64,000 bases of DNA from Diadema antillarum. Its lineage: Eukaryota. The DNA is taken from the NCBI RefSeq assembly GCF_040938485.1, contig NW_027271030.1, forward strand, positions 1,364,001 to 1,428,000. Direction: 5' to 3'. The translations under genes were made by a program, and so were the position numbers. The notes under the pieces were generated by a model, which had not been told where the DNA came from, did not search any database, and was given only the letters and a program-made list of their open reading frames with translations. This document shows positions 22,615-33,539 of this stretch, piece after piece; position 1 is the stretch's first letter, and the number at the start of each line of letters is the position of its first letter.

Positions 22615-25128
22615 CTTGTATAATTATAAACATGTATAATATGCGTGAAGTGTGAATACATTATGTTATTTCTATAACTATTTGTTCGAAAGCAAGTGTA
22701 AAACTAAAGGACATAAGCTTACTGAAGTTAAATCCGTCTCCCGAAATTAAATAAAACTGAGCACTTTAGGGCAGGACAAAATGAATAATTTTGAATGCAC
22801 GAATGAACAACAAACACCTACAAATGGTTGCATGTGGAATCGTCTACGGAAAGAGAAACCTCTCCCCTTGTGCTGCGCACTATCTATCAATCTACATAAT
22901 GAACAACTAAAGTAATGAGCTTCATGAACGTGTCTTTGTTCCATTTGCGGCGCAAGCAAAAAATAAGCACTAAAGCATACTTACTTTATTGTTAGGATCC
23001 ATTTCTGACCGGCTACGCCGTACGTGCTGCCGCAGTTGAAACCAAGCCATCCCCACCTTAGCATAAAAGTGAAATGAATTGCTAATGAAATGACGGTTTG
23101 CAGAGAGGTATCAGCTCAGTCACTGATTTGCATATCTTTCTTGTTGTTTTTGTGATTATTTGTTCAAATAATTCTTGCTGAACAGCTCCTTTGTAGTTTA
23201 TCAATTTAAATCGGTCTTTAGTATCAACGAACAATACAAGTCAAAGCTGCATTTACCGAAATACTTGTATATTTAATTTACTAAAATCGCCATTCCCCAA
23301 GACCCGCTTTTAAGTTGTTTATCTATTTTTTTGGTCATCTATATCAACAAATAACAGAAATGGAGGCTGAAGTTACCAAAGCTAAGCGCAATTATTTACA
23401 AACTAAGCCTATAAATAAATCTTAGGAAATACAATTAGTGTAAGGATTTTCATGTAATCACAGAACATAGGACAGCATACCTGAAGAGCGAAAAAAAGTA
23501 TGTAAATGGATTTCATTAGTCTCTTTATTACTATACAGGTATGGAAAGTAATTTTTCCTCAGAATTTGTTTTCATGGACTGACATAGATATACATATATA
23601 CGATCAATCAGAAGCAAAACAGTGCCTCAAGTGATCTCATATTGCTCTGAATTCTGATAACATCAGTATTCAGCATATTCCAAATATCTTGAAATCCAGC
23701 CATTTCCCGAAACCCCAGGAACTGAGAAGAATTTATGTCGGAAATAATAACAAGGTCAGGCAAATTTCGAAATGAAAATTTTCGATTTTATGGATTTTTT
23801 TAAACAATATCAAACCATCATTTACCTTGAGGAGAGAATATATGTTGTGGCATGAAAGTAATTAAACGTCATGGGTTTGACCTACTGCATTGCATTGCTA
23901 ACAAAATTCCCCTATAACGTCTTACGGGAAAAAAAAAATCAAAATTCTTAGTGATGACATAAAGCGCGTTGAAGAAAGAACCTCTCTATCTGGTTGGTAT
24001 TGTGCATTATCATAAGTTTCAAGTTTTCTTTAATATTCATATCCCCTCCCGGGAAGTAACAATTGTCATCATCGTCATTATCATCATCGGCATCATTATT
24101 GTTAGTATCGTTATTATTATCATCATTACTCCTACTATAATTGATGCTGTTGTCGTTATTGCTATCATCATTGACACCAACATCATGAGTAGCAGCAACA
24201 TCATTCCAACGTCACTTCGGTTACCACAATTATAATAAAAATTGCTACCGCCATTGAATGTCACACTTATCATGTGGTACTCGCATCAACTTTAAAGAAC
24301 GTATTGATTCTAAGAAGGGTTAAGATATGATAAGCGGGAATTAGAAGTTAGATACTAGTCTGTAAACATTATGTAATGAAAGGCCTAAATGAATAAATTG
24401 TTTCAAAATCGTATGTTCTAAACTCACCACAACATGAAGAGACCAAGGAGTGTGTTGATAGGACTGCCTTGAACTGGCTTATCCTCCTGGGGTCCAAACC
24501 GACCGTGTCGAGGCCCCAACATGATGATAGCCACCAGACCAGTTACCCCTCCTAACAGGTGTACCGGCCCCGCCCCTGAAATATCGACCACACCCATGGT
24601 GTGTAGCCACCCATTGGGAGCCCAGATCCAATGGGCTGGGACGGCGTACACGAAGGTGTTGAGAAAGGAGAAGATGATGTAGGCTTCGAGCTTTGTCCGC
24701 TCCGCCATCGCGCCACTCACAATTGTCGTGGCCGTGGTTGCGAAGGAAGCGTGGAAGAAAAAATGAGCGAAGAGGTGACCGAGCTCGGCGTCGACTCGCA
24801 TACTGTCTACAAAAAAGTCACCGATGCCAATGTATGGGTTCGAGCCTTCATTGACACCGAAGCTGAGGCCGTAGCCGAACATCCAAAACGATATGCCACC
24901 GAAGAGGACGTCGACGGCGTTCTTGACCATGATGTTGACCTCGTTTTTCAGCGTCACGCTCCCGGACTCGAGAAGGCCGAAACCGGACTGCATGGTGAAG
25001 ATGAGAAAGGCGCTGGTCAAGATCCACGTAGCATCGTCCCACGTCGCCGCGCGATATGCAGTTGGACTTCTCTCCGTCGAATTCGTCACCAGTCCGGCAC
25101 TAGTCGAAGGCGCTGCCATCGTAGTCAT
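16593..25128 (-). CDS. amt: Ammonium transporter (Amt/Mep/Rh family, metazoan Amt-3-like), complete, 548 aa, 'Amt-A'; exons 25128-24428, 23056-22985, 22252-22193, 21124-21048, 17796-17584, 17116-16593
   Basis: Exon lengths 701+72+60+77+213+524=1647 nt; all introns GT-AG with consistent phases (2,2,2,1,1). Motifs: WDDATWILTSAFLIFTMQSGFGLLESG, SFATTATTIVSGAMAER, DISGAGPVH (Asp and first His), WWGWLGFNCGS, LINSVLASLVSITA, DDPVSVVPVH (second His), LRVSLHEELMGADIVEHG. Confidence 0.97.
17207..17330. mobile_element. Kolobok-like MITE family K3, internally deleted mini-copy in the last Amt-A intron
   Basis: TTAA-AGTGACTGTAAAGTTTTGGTTG start and CCCCATCTCAACCAAAGCTATACCAT end match the termini of the longer K3 copies. 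Confidence 0.55.
17584..17796 (-). CDS. amt: Amt-A exon 5
   Basis: ctcacag|CCTAC...GACG|gttagt; (A)YCALAHPWQSIVIGAVGAVIGCAATPLMSKLKLDDPVSVVPVHLFPAIWGLLAVGIFGEIDTLGTFNRHD(G). Confidence 0.95.
18045..18290. repeat. (AT)n/(ATAGATAA)-type and (GA)n microsatellite
   Basis: Directly visible. Confidence 0.95.
18596..18984. mobile_element. Kolobok-like MITE family K3
   Basis: TTAA|AGGGATAGT ... CCCCATCTCAACCGAAACTGCACCATCCCCT|TTAA; the body resembles the 35000 and 42189 copies. Confidence 0.75.
21048..21124 (-). CDS. amt: Amt-A exon 4
   Basis: cgtgcag|TTATCTT...ACGG|gtaatt; (S)YLTLGRKFNIGWLINSVLASLVSIT(A). Confidence 0.92.
21173..21815. mobile_element. TIR MITE (Harbinger-like or TA-target) in Amt-A intron 3
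   Basis: Perfect 18-bp IR CCCCGGTCACACAGCACT (21178-21195) / AGTGCTGTGTGACCGGGG (21794-21811), TATA on both sides; internal repeats GGCACACGTGGTAAAGACGTG. Confidence 0.85.
22193..22252 (-). CDS. amt: Amt-A exon 3
   Basis: ttcccag|ATCGGCG...CTCAG|gtaact; (K)SAVSTILASISGGITGIAL(S). Confidence 0.92.
22985..23056 (-). CDS. amt: Amt-A exon 2
   Basis: tgctaag|GTGGGGA...ATAAA|gtaagt; (W)WGWLGFNCGSTYGVAGQKWILTI(K). Confidence 0.93.
24428..25128 (-). CDS. amt: Amt-A exon 1 (TM1-TM6)
   Basis: ORF-track 24424..25128; ends TTG TG|gtgagt (phase 2). Start could be Met1 or Met4. Confidence 0.96.
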
Positions 25129-26309
25129 GATCGCTTATACACGAACTGTCCACTGCTCGACGTCGTTTTGACACGTTTTCCTTAAATAAAAATCTCAGCC
25201 GTCTCACTGGATATACAGTTCGAGCAAAAAATGTAGGTCGGCGAGTTACACATCCGTGATTTTCAGGGAGAAATTATTTCGCGGGTCCATATAGCGCCAC
25301 AGATGCTGTGTTATTGCCATGCATCACGTATATCATAATTTAGACAGCTACACAATTGGTGTGTGAAAAGACACACCGTACCAGTGGGGAGCGGTGAGAG
25401 TATGAATTATGTTCCTTGCGTCAAACATCCTGAAAAGCAAACTACTTGATTTTTGTCTTTGATAGTCATTATCTATTACCTTAAGTCAAGGTTTTTGCGA
25501 GAACACAGTGTGTCAAACTAGCACTGTTTACGTTTTCACTTAATCACAAGAAACTGAATATACTTTCGTCCACGTGCCTTCACAGGTTTTACGTTGATTT
25601 TTTTTTTCTGTCAAGTAATGAAATGTTCACGGGTATGACGTCAACAAGATACGCGATTCCGTTCTGATATTTTTACAAGCATCCAGTTACAATTTATCGA
25701 GCCTGGGTTGATTCATACCTTTTGGTTATTGATCGTGACTGTTAAAATATACCCAATGAATGATGACCTTTTCAATATGTTCCCCAAGAATGTAAGGTTA
25801 AGTGTGATGCTATTCCTCGTTTCATCTTTTTGTGTTTGTCGGTTTTGGATGGTCATATCACGATCTGGACACCCACGAGCAAGAAAGAAAAAAAAACAAC
25901 TCTTTGACTGATACAACCCCGATTCACCTTTTTTTGCCGCGTGTCTAGGTCTTGGACCGTATAGCTCGTCACTGCTCGTGAGCCTATGTCGAGCTCGTGA
26001 GCCTTGACTGTTCACTAGTGTCTATCTCCTTGGCTGTATGACTCGTGAGCGTCGAGCTCGTGATGTGTCGAGTTCGTGACGTGCTTTGGTGCTTTTTACT
26101 TTCATACTAGTCACCACTTCTCCATCCGGAGGTACGTGGTTTAGATGGCTTTGCTGAAAGCAACTGTGCTGGCCTATGGCGGCTCTCTCGACAATATGTA
26201 CTCCATAAACTCATTGATTCTATCATGCTGTTCGAGCGCAGTTGGGCCAACAAAGTACCCAAAGGCTTTACACAGTCCAGTTGTTGTTGGGTTTTTTTGT
26301 GTGTGTTCG

Positions 26310-26360
26310 TTCGTTTGTTTGTTTGTTTGTTTGTTTGTTTGTTTGTTTGTTTGTTTGTTT
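26310..26360. repeat. (GTTT)n microsatellite (a (CAAA)n counterpart is at about 36590-36645)
   Basis: Directly visible. Confidence 0.95.
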
Positions 26361-29300
26361 TTTTTTGGGGGGGGGGTAATTTGAAAGAATTACAGGACTA
26401 CTTACTAACTGCTTGTAATATTATGCATTTTGCCAGATTGTAAGAATTTTCAAGTGATGGTCCATCGACTATGTAAACGTAGATTAATGTAGCATGGTAA
26501 TGATGGAATCCTATTCTACATTCAAATTTATCTCTGAAACTATTTTAAACATAATACATGGTAAAACCATTACCAGAGACCCAACTTTCAAACATCATAA
26601 AGATTAATGTTCATCATATATTGCACAAGTGTTCGATTTTAGAATTCTCATCGAACGGAAACGTACAATTTCCAGGACTGTTTTCTTTTAATCTAGTTTC
26701 GGTCAATATAATTTTGTGTCTTTGTCCGACAAAGTAGGCCTAGTGGCCTGATTCAAGCCGCCTGTGAACGCATTTCCGTAATTGCGTAGATTGCATGCAA
26801 AAAGAATATAACTGCGGTTCTGGGATCGATGGGAGGAAGATTGCCACTGCAGGGAAATGAGCTTGAAATGAAATGGACAATTTCATTTTGAATTTTGTCT
26901 CGTCGTTGGGCAGGAATGCCGTTTCATACCATCATTCTTTGTTCTGTATATTCGCCTCGTTCAACGATAAGTAGACTTCAGACAATAAGAAGGCACCGAA
27001 TGAATGGAATTACATATGTATTTCGGTCTCTCCTGTTGGGGAATGATGTGTGTTAGTGGCTACATGAGGGGAGGGGATGGCAATTGACACTAATGCATTC
27101 ACTTTCTCGTGAAATTCTGAATTAGTGTAGGTTTTTCTTGATCGCGTTTTCCGAAACCAAAAATACTAGCGCTATACATTTCTAAGAAATTTGAGCTGGA
27201 AATGTCAATGAAAAGAATGGCGTAACTCTAATCTCTCATCTTCTTATACGAAGGGAGTGTGTCTTTTTTCATTGACAAAGATGCGAATGAATACCCTCCA
27301 CATTAACTAAATGACTCTAGCGAACCGTTTTGTGATGACGAAGTGAAATGAGTCAAAGACAATGTGAATTTTCTTGCAGTAATCTGATGTTTGTTGCGCT
27401 AACTTAATGCAGCACTTACCATTTTTGGCAAATCAAGTTTGGAAACCATTAGCGTGGTTAAAAAATTAAGAAAACAGAACCCAAACTAATCTGCAAAGTA
27501 CTGCTTTAGTTTAAGTAGTGACGCATTAGGAAAATTTCACCAGAAAGGAAAAACCTACAGGGAAAAAGTTTAGATAATTGTCTCTATGAAGCATCTAACA
27601 GTGAAACCCAGAACAAATTTCGGTTGTGCCCACTTTTCATGTTCCTGGGCTTAAATGCATAATATTTTGTCTCGTCTAATCAACTTGTAGCTTGGTGTTT
27701 CCTTTGATTTTTTTCCGTCATCGAAGGATGTTTAGAATACCTACGCCATGTCATCTCAAGAAATGGAACATTAATGATGCTACAATGACTAAAACTGGAA
27801 ATATAACGTCTCCGAAAACTTCTGATACTGAAACATCTGATAGTGACATTTATGTGTATACAGATTTTCCGACCCTGGATCTTTTTTTTTATAGTTACAA
27901 ACGTGATTATAATATTATATCTCATGTTCATAATGTTTATGATAAAATATATCATGAATCATTAAATTTGTAAGGATTATACGAATGAAAATCGAAATGA
28001 AAAGATAAGACATTAATGAAAGCAAGGAAATAGAGTGAGACAAATAAAAAAAAAAATCAAACCTCAAGATAAGGTATTGTTCATAAAATGGAGTATGAGA
28101 GGCGTGAAGGAGATTCAAAGAAAAGGAGAAAATAAAGGATGCATGCTGCGTACACTATCAACATACTCAGACCAAACCGTCGTAAGATGGCAGGAAAAAA
28201 AAGAATACTGTAATTTTGTTTGGTTGTTGGTCCTAGTGTTTGANNNNNNNNNNNNNNNNNNNNNNNNNNNNNNNNNNNNNNNNNNNNNNNNNNNNNNNNN
28301 NNNNNNNNNNNNNNNNNNNNNNNNNNNNNNNNNNNNNNNNNNNNNNNNNNNNNNNNNNNNNNNNNNNNNNNNNNNNNNNNNNNNNNNNNNNNNNNNNNNN
28401 NNNNNNNNNNNNNNNNNNNNNNNNNNNNNNGTTCGTGTCGATGTGTTAGATACTACATTATGCAGAATTCGCAGGCAAATTACATCTTGCACCGCATGAT
28501 GTAAGGATAAACAGGAGTGTCTGCATGCTGCCGCTTTCTTATCAAAACCTTTACGCAAGGGACGTATCAGGTTAGCTGCTCTTTCATTAAGTATACTGCA
28601 CGTGCGGTGTGAATATGTACATTGAACTTATTACAAACCACTGATTACTCCAAGAAATTGTACGTGATCGCAACAATGAAAACTTGATTTTGTGTGTGTA
28701 TGTGTGTGTGTGTTTCTGTAACTGGAGAAAAAAGGGAGGGAAAGAAAGAATAATAAAGCGAAGGTGAAACCGATGGACGTGGTTGGGGCAAGTCTTTCAT
28801 TAGAGCTTACATTTTAATCCGTGATCTAAAGACTCACCTTAAGACGAAATGTTTGCCGTGTTTCCTAACAGTTCGCACGAGCAGAGGGTAAATTGATTAA
28901 TACTGAAGCTATTTTGTCCTACAAAAGACGTTCCGGACTTTGGCGTGTTTTGTCGCCACTATACACCCATGAAACGCAAAGGCTACCTGCTCTGTCAAAC
29001 TGCGGTACAAATTACACCCCGTAGTCTAACCGCCCTTAACAAATATATAAATTCACCACGAGCCCTTTCAGATTTTAATCAAATAATCGTCCTTAGAACA
29101 AGAATAAAGGCGTGTTTCCCCTTTTTCCTCCTGTTGTTATCAAACACATGTAAGGAAAATACTTTTGTATATCGACATTTATGTAAATCATTCTTTCTAT
29201 TATGGATAGTTGGCATAAAATAAACGTGTATAACACTCAGCCATCAGCTGAGGTTGTTCCTAATAAGAGGCGGGGTCACCTGTTCTCACCATGAGAAAAA

Positions 29301-30204
29301 GCACTTTGAGAAGTTAAAGTGTTTTAGAGGGTTTTTTTTTTTCAATCTATTGTTGTGTGCTTCTTCCTAACTCTACAACAGGGCGACACAGCAAACTCTC
29401 AATTCATCACCAATCCACTTTATTTTCATGACGTGAAGAAAGCTGCGGGTGTTGCCTACAGCTTGGAGATTAAACACTCTGTTCGTTCTCTTATTTCTCC
29501 ACTGAAAATACTAGCATCTGGGTAACATGAGGCTAATGAGTGATAAAGTGTATATCATCATGATCATGTGTCTTGCACTTTATTTATTAGTCACCGTGAA
29601 GTTGTTTTTGTCTCTCTTTCAAGATATAATAAAAGAGTAACAAAAGCTTAAACTTTGCTTTTCTTCTTTTTTAGAAACTGAATAAAGTAAAAAAAAAAAA
29701 TCAATTTGTACTAGAATTGAAAATGTCAGTCACAAAACAAACCTTGGTACTAATCAAAACAGTAAACCAATCAATTCAATTCAATTCAAACTGGGAGTGT
29801 GTACCAAACGCGAGCTACAACGATAATCGCGATGTAACACGATTATTACTGAGGATTATGCGAACGGAAACAACAGCTGGCGCCCTAACTATCAATCCAT
29901 TGCTTATAATAGCTCTCGCGAGAAATGATCGCATTCAGAACTTATCGAAAAACACTCGGAGAGCTTAGTCGAGTCATCGGCCAAGCAGCTAATTTCCACC
30001 CATATTGCCATTTCTTGCAATTAGATTATAGTTCAAGATTCATGTCATCAACATTATCATATTCCTTGACAATCAAAACATTTCGGTAACATTTGGAACA
30101 TGTTGATATCAATTTTAGTCAAATAGCTACTAAAAAATGATCCTATTTCCCAATAGATACAGATTCCGTCAAAAGAAAGAAAGAAAAAAAAAAACAAGAG
30201 GAAA

Positions 30205-30420
30205 AAAAATCCTGGACCCAGACGGATCACTCAACCAAAATGCAATTATTTCTTGTTGATGTCATTACCAACATTCTCTCAAAATTTCATGCAAATCCGT
30301 TAATAATTATTGAGTTATTTTGCAATTAAACAAACAAAAAGCAAATAACAGACAAACAAACAGACAAACAAACAAAATAAATAAATGCCGTCAAAAAATA
30401 ACATCTTTGTTGGACGTAAC
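30205..30420. mobile_element. Fragment of a Helentron/HINE-like element ending in a (CAAA)n microsatellite
   Basis: AAAATTTCATGCAAATCCGTT resembles 48700-48745 (ACATTTCGTGCAAATCCGTT); followed by a (CAAA/CAGA)n tract; family assignment is inference. Confidence 0.45.
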
Positions 30421-30873
30421 TGTGGAGAGGCTGACAAGTTATTTGCAAGGTACAAAATTACACCTAAACGAACCAGCACACAACACACACACACACACAC
30501 ACACACGAACACACACACACAAACACACAGATAAACATGCATAATGTATGTACACGCCTGGGAAAATGTGTGTATTCGTACTCTTACTCTCGATTGGTTC
30601 AGCAAGTTCAGCGACGAATTACAATATCCCTCAACTACCGAATTTCCCTCATATCTTAGCGCATGCGCTTCTAACTACCGGGCCAGGCGGGCAATCAGTT
30701 GCCATCTAACGAAGATAGCCGTACGTATTGTAAAGCTTCAGTGGCACATTCTAGCTCGCAGCGCCAATGGAGTTAAGCAGGTTGAAAATTTAAAAAAGCT
30801 TAAACAAACATTTACAGTAACGTTGATTTCCTTCTATCCCTCGTGAATGTTCAGCTGTTTTTGTAACCATGAC

Positions 30874-30908
30874 TATAAATACTGAGGTGCTGGTCATTTC
30901 AAGGTCAG
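30874..30908 (+). promoter_or_regulatory. Candidate TATA box and initiator for Amt-B
   Basis: TATAAAT at 30874-30880 with TCAG at 30905-30908 (about 30 nt downstream), 255 nt upstream of the ATG; no transcript evidence. Confidence 0.4.
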
Positions 30909-31128
30909 CAGAATCTGTGGAAAGAGTGGGAAAACTTGGCTCTGACTAGCATCGAGTCAGCCAACTTCATTTATTCATACTCATGTCGGACTATCACGTG
31001 TTTTCTGACCGTTGCCAGGTTGTGCTGGATCTTCTGGTGAACAAAGAGACAGTTTATTCATCCTTCGTTACCTCAAGAACTTTATAGCAAGATTACTCAT
31101 TGATAACAATCGCCTGAAAAGAGTGATA

Positions 31129-31315
31129 ATGGGAACGCCTACCCCAGTTCCGAATGCCACGAACATTTCGTGCCATGGCTATGAGAACGAAACTGACTGC
31201 TACTGGAACACCACGCTGAACAGTACGGCAGAACCCGACCGGACACCGGGCACTAGCTGGGACGACGCCACGTGGATTTTGACCAGTGCCTTTGTCATTT
31301 TTACCATGCAGTCAG
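31129..31315 (+). CDS. amt: Amt-B exon 1
   Basis: ATG at 31129 in ORF-track 31012..31512; ends CAG TCA G|gtaggc. Confidence 0.9.
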
Positions 31316-33500
31316 GTAGGCCATTCACATTCCTTACCCCCGAAAACTCGTCTAAAAGCACTGAATTGATGCCTTTGTTTATTAACAAGCATGAAGAGAA
31401 TCAAGAAGAAAGAAATAAAACTAAGAAAAGCACAGTCACAGGCACGCACGTAAAGAGACAGAATGCAAGTTTTGCTGTGTTTCACGATATGTACGGAAAG
31501 ACAAAAATCTAACAATATGTTTGGCAGAGATATAAGAGAAAAGCAATTCATATAAACACGAGCATCTCCCTGCATGTTTCTTTTTCTATGTCTGTCTGTC
31601 TGTCAGTCTGTTTGTCTGCCTGTTTGTATGTGTGTCTGTCTATCCGTCTGTCCGTCCGTCTGTCTGCCTGTCTGTCTGTCTGTCTGTGTCTCATCTCCCC
31701 TTTCTCTCTTCATCTCTGCACGTCTACCACTCATGTATAGCTCCTAAAAGTCGTTCTACTCAAACACCCTGACACTGTCTTATTAATCAGATTCCTGTAA
31801 ACGCGTAAAAATAATTATGTTAATTTGTCGAGTTGTAGTCGAGTGGTAGATACACTGTTATTTCAAAATCCAAGGAAACGCACTGCGTGGTCGGATGAAG
31901 GTCGTACCATTGGCAATTCAAGCTAGAATGTAAATGACAGTGAAGCATGGGTTTTGTTTTTAGTGCATCCAAGCAGACTAAACTAAAAAAAAAAGGGATG
32001 TGAGGGATACAAAGTTGAACGTAAGGCTGACGCATTCTGATTTTACTTACAATGTTTGATGCGTTTTCCTGTTTTCTTTGTTTTTCCTTTGTTAATTTCT
32101 TCCAAAGGAAAGAAAAACGGATAAAGAGATATACTTTCAGTAATTAGCTGGTAAAGGGAACTCTTTTGAATAATAATATTATTATCCCACCTGCTGACAG
32201 AATTGCTCTTTCAAGGCCGCTTGTGTTATTAATTTTTTTTTCTGTCATTTATCTTTCGAAACGTTTCGCACGCAATTCAAATTGTTTCCTTGTTTTTTAC
32301 TTTTCTACTCATTTCTCCTCTTTCTGCTCCTCTCTCTTTTTGCTTTTGTCTTGTTTTCACACAGGGTTACCCATCACGCACACACTAAAATACACATAAA
32401 GCCTTTCGTCAATATGTATCTGATTATCTAATATTTCTATTGTTCGTATTGTATCTATCCCTTTTGATGTATACTTTACAACTTATACTGTATCAGGAGC
32501 ACATACAACGTTGGTTGCCGGAGTTATGATGTAGGCGGCCCTTTTAGCGCATAAAGCATTACTCTTTAAACCGTGTTTTATACAGGCGTTGCAGCTTGTG
32601 CATCTTGCAAAATAATACGGTATGTCCTTGAGTTTGAGTAATGGGACATTGTGTCCGTCCCAGGTTTTCATTTGATGGATCTAGTAATGGAAAACAGAAG
32701 ATGCTTCTAGGCCGATAATCAATCCCAACGAATGAATTAATCACCATGGGTCTTGCGACAATATATATATTTTTTTAATATGGTTATATGTATTCTATAG
32801 AAGGTTTTGTCGGGGAACCTCTATACAAAATAACAACAAAAAGAATAAGAATAATCACCATTATTACTTCATTTAGACTGCTACTACTTGTACTACTACT
32901 GCTACTACTGCTGCTACTGGTGCTGCTACTACTACTATACTACTGCTACTACTTTTACTGCTGATGCTACTACTACTACTTCTACTATACTACTACTACT
33001 GTATACTACTACTGCCAATACTTCACTTCCAACGTTTAAAAGATAGTTATAACCAAGTGTAATTATTGCCCGTTGTAGACACAAATTACTTCGACCATGA
33101 AGGACCAACACATTTATTTTCATTTCGGCTGCGTGAGTAACAATTTTCTGTAAGTAATGCATCTAATCAATGGCTGCCTTTTGAAGAATAATGTACACGT
33201 CTTAATGGATTCTAATCAGTCTATAGGAAGACAACTACGTCGACTTAATATAGATAATTTTGGTATTCACTTTCATTTTCATTTATTTCATTTCCACCAA
33301 TGCAAAACACATCATACACAAAATAACAAAATATCAATACAATTGAAAAGAATTCAAATATGTATACATATTTCAAGTCTGCTTTTAGCAATCAATAGGT
33401 GACTCTTACAACTAACCCATTTTAATTCAAACTATCTCTGAAGATATAGAAGCCTTTTCAAAGTAAGAAAAGATTAGAAGCCCATGTTCTGTCTCTCTCT

Positions 33501-33539
<39 letters not shown>

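Noticed and set aside
24631-25185. 184-aa plus-strand ORF
   Set aside because: Antisense shadow of GC-rich Amt-A exon 1.
31012-31128. N-terminal extension of Amt-B from the TTG start of the ORF track
   Set aside because: Non-ATG start with no family similarity; the ATG at 31129 is the parsimonious start.
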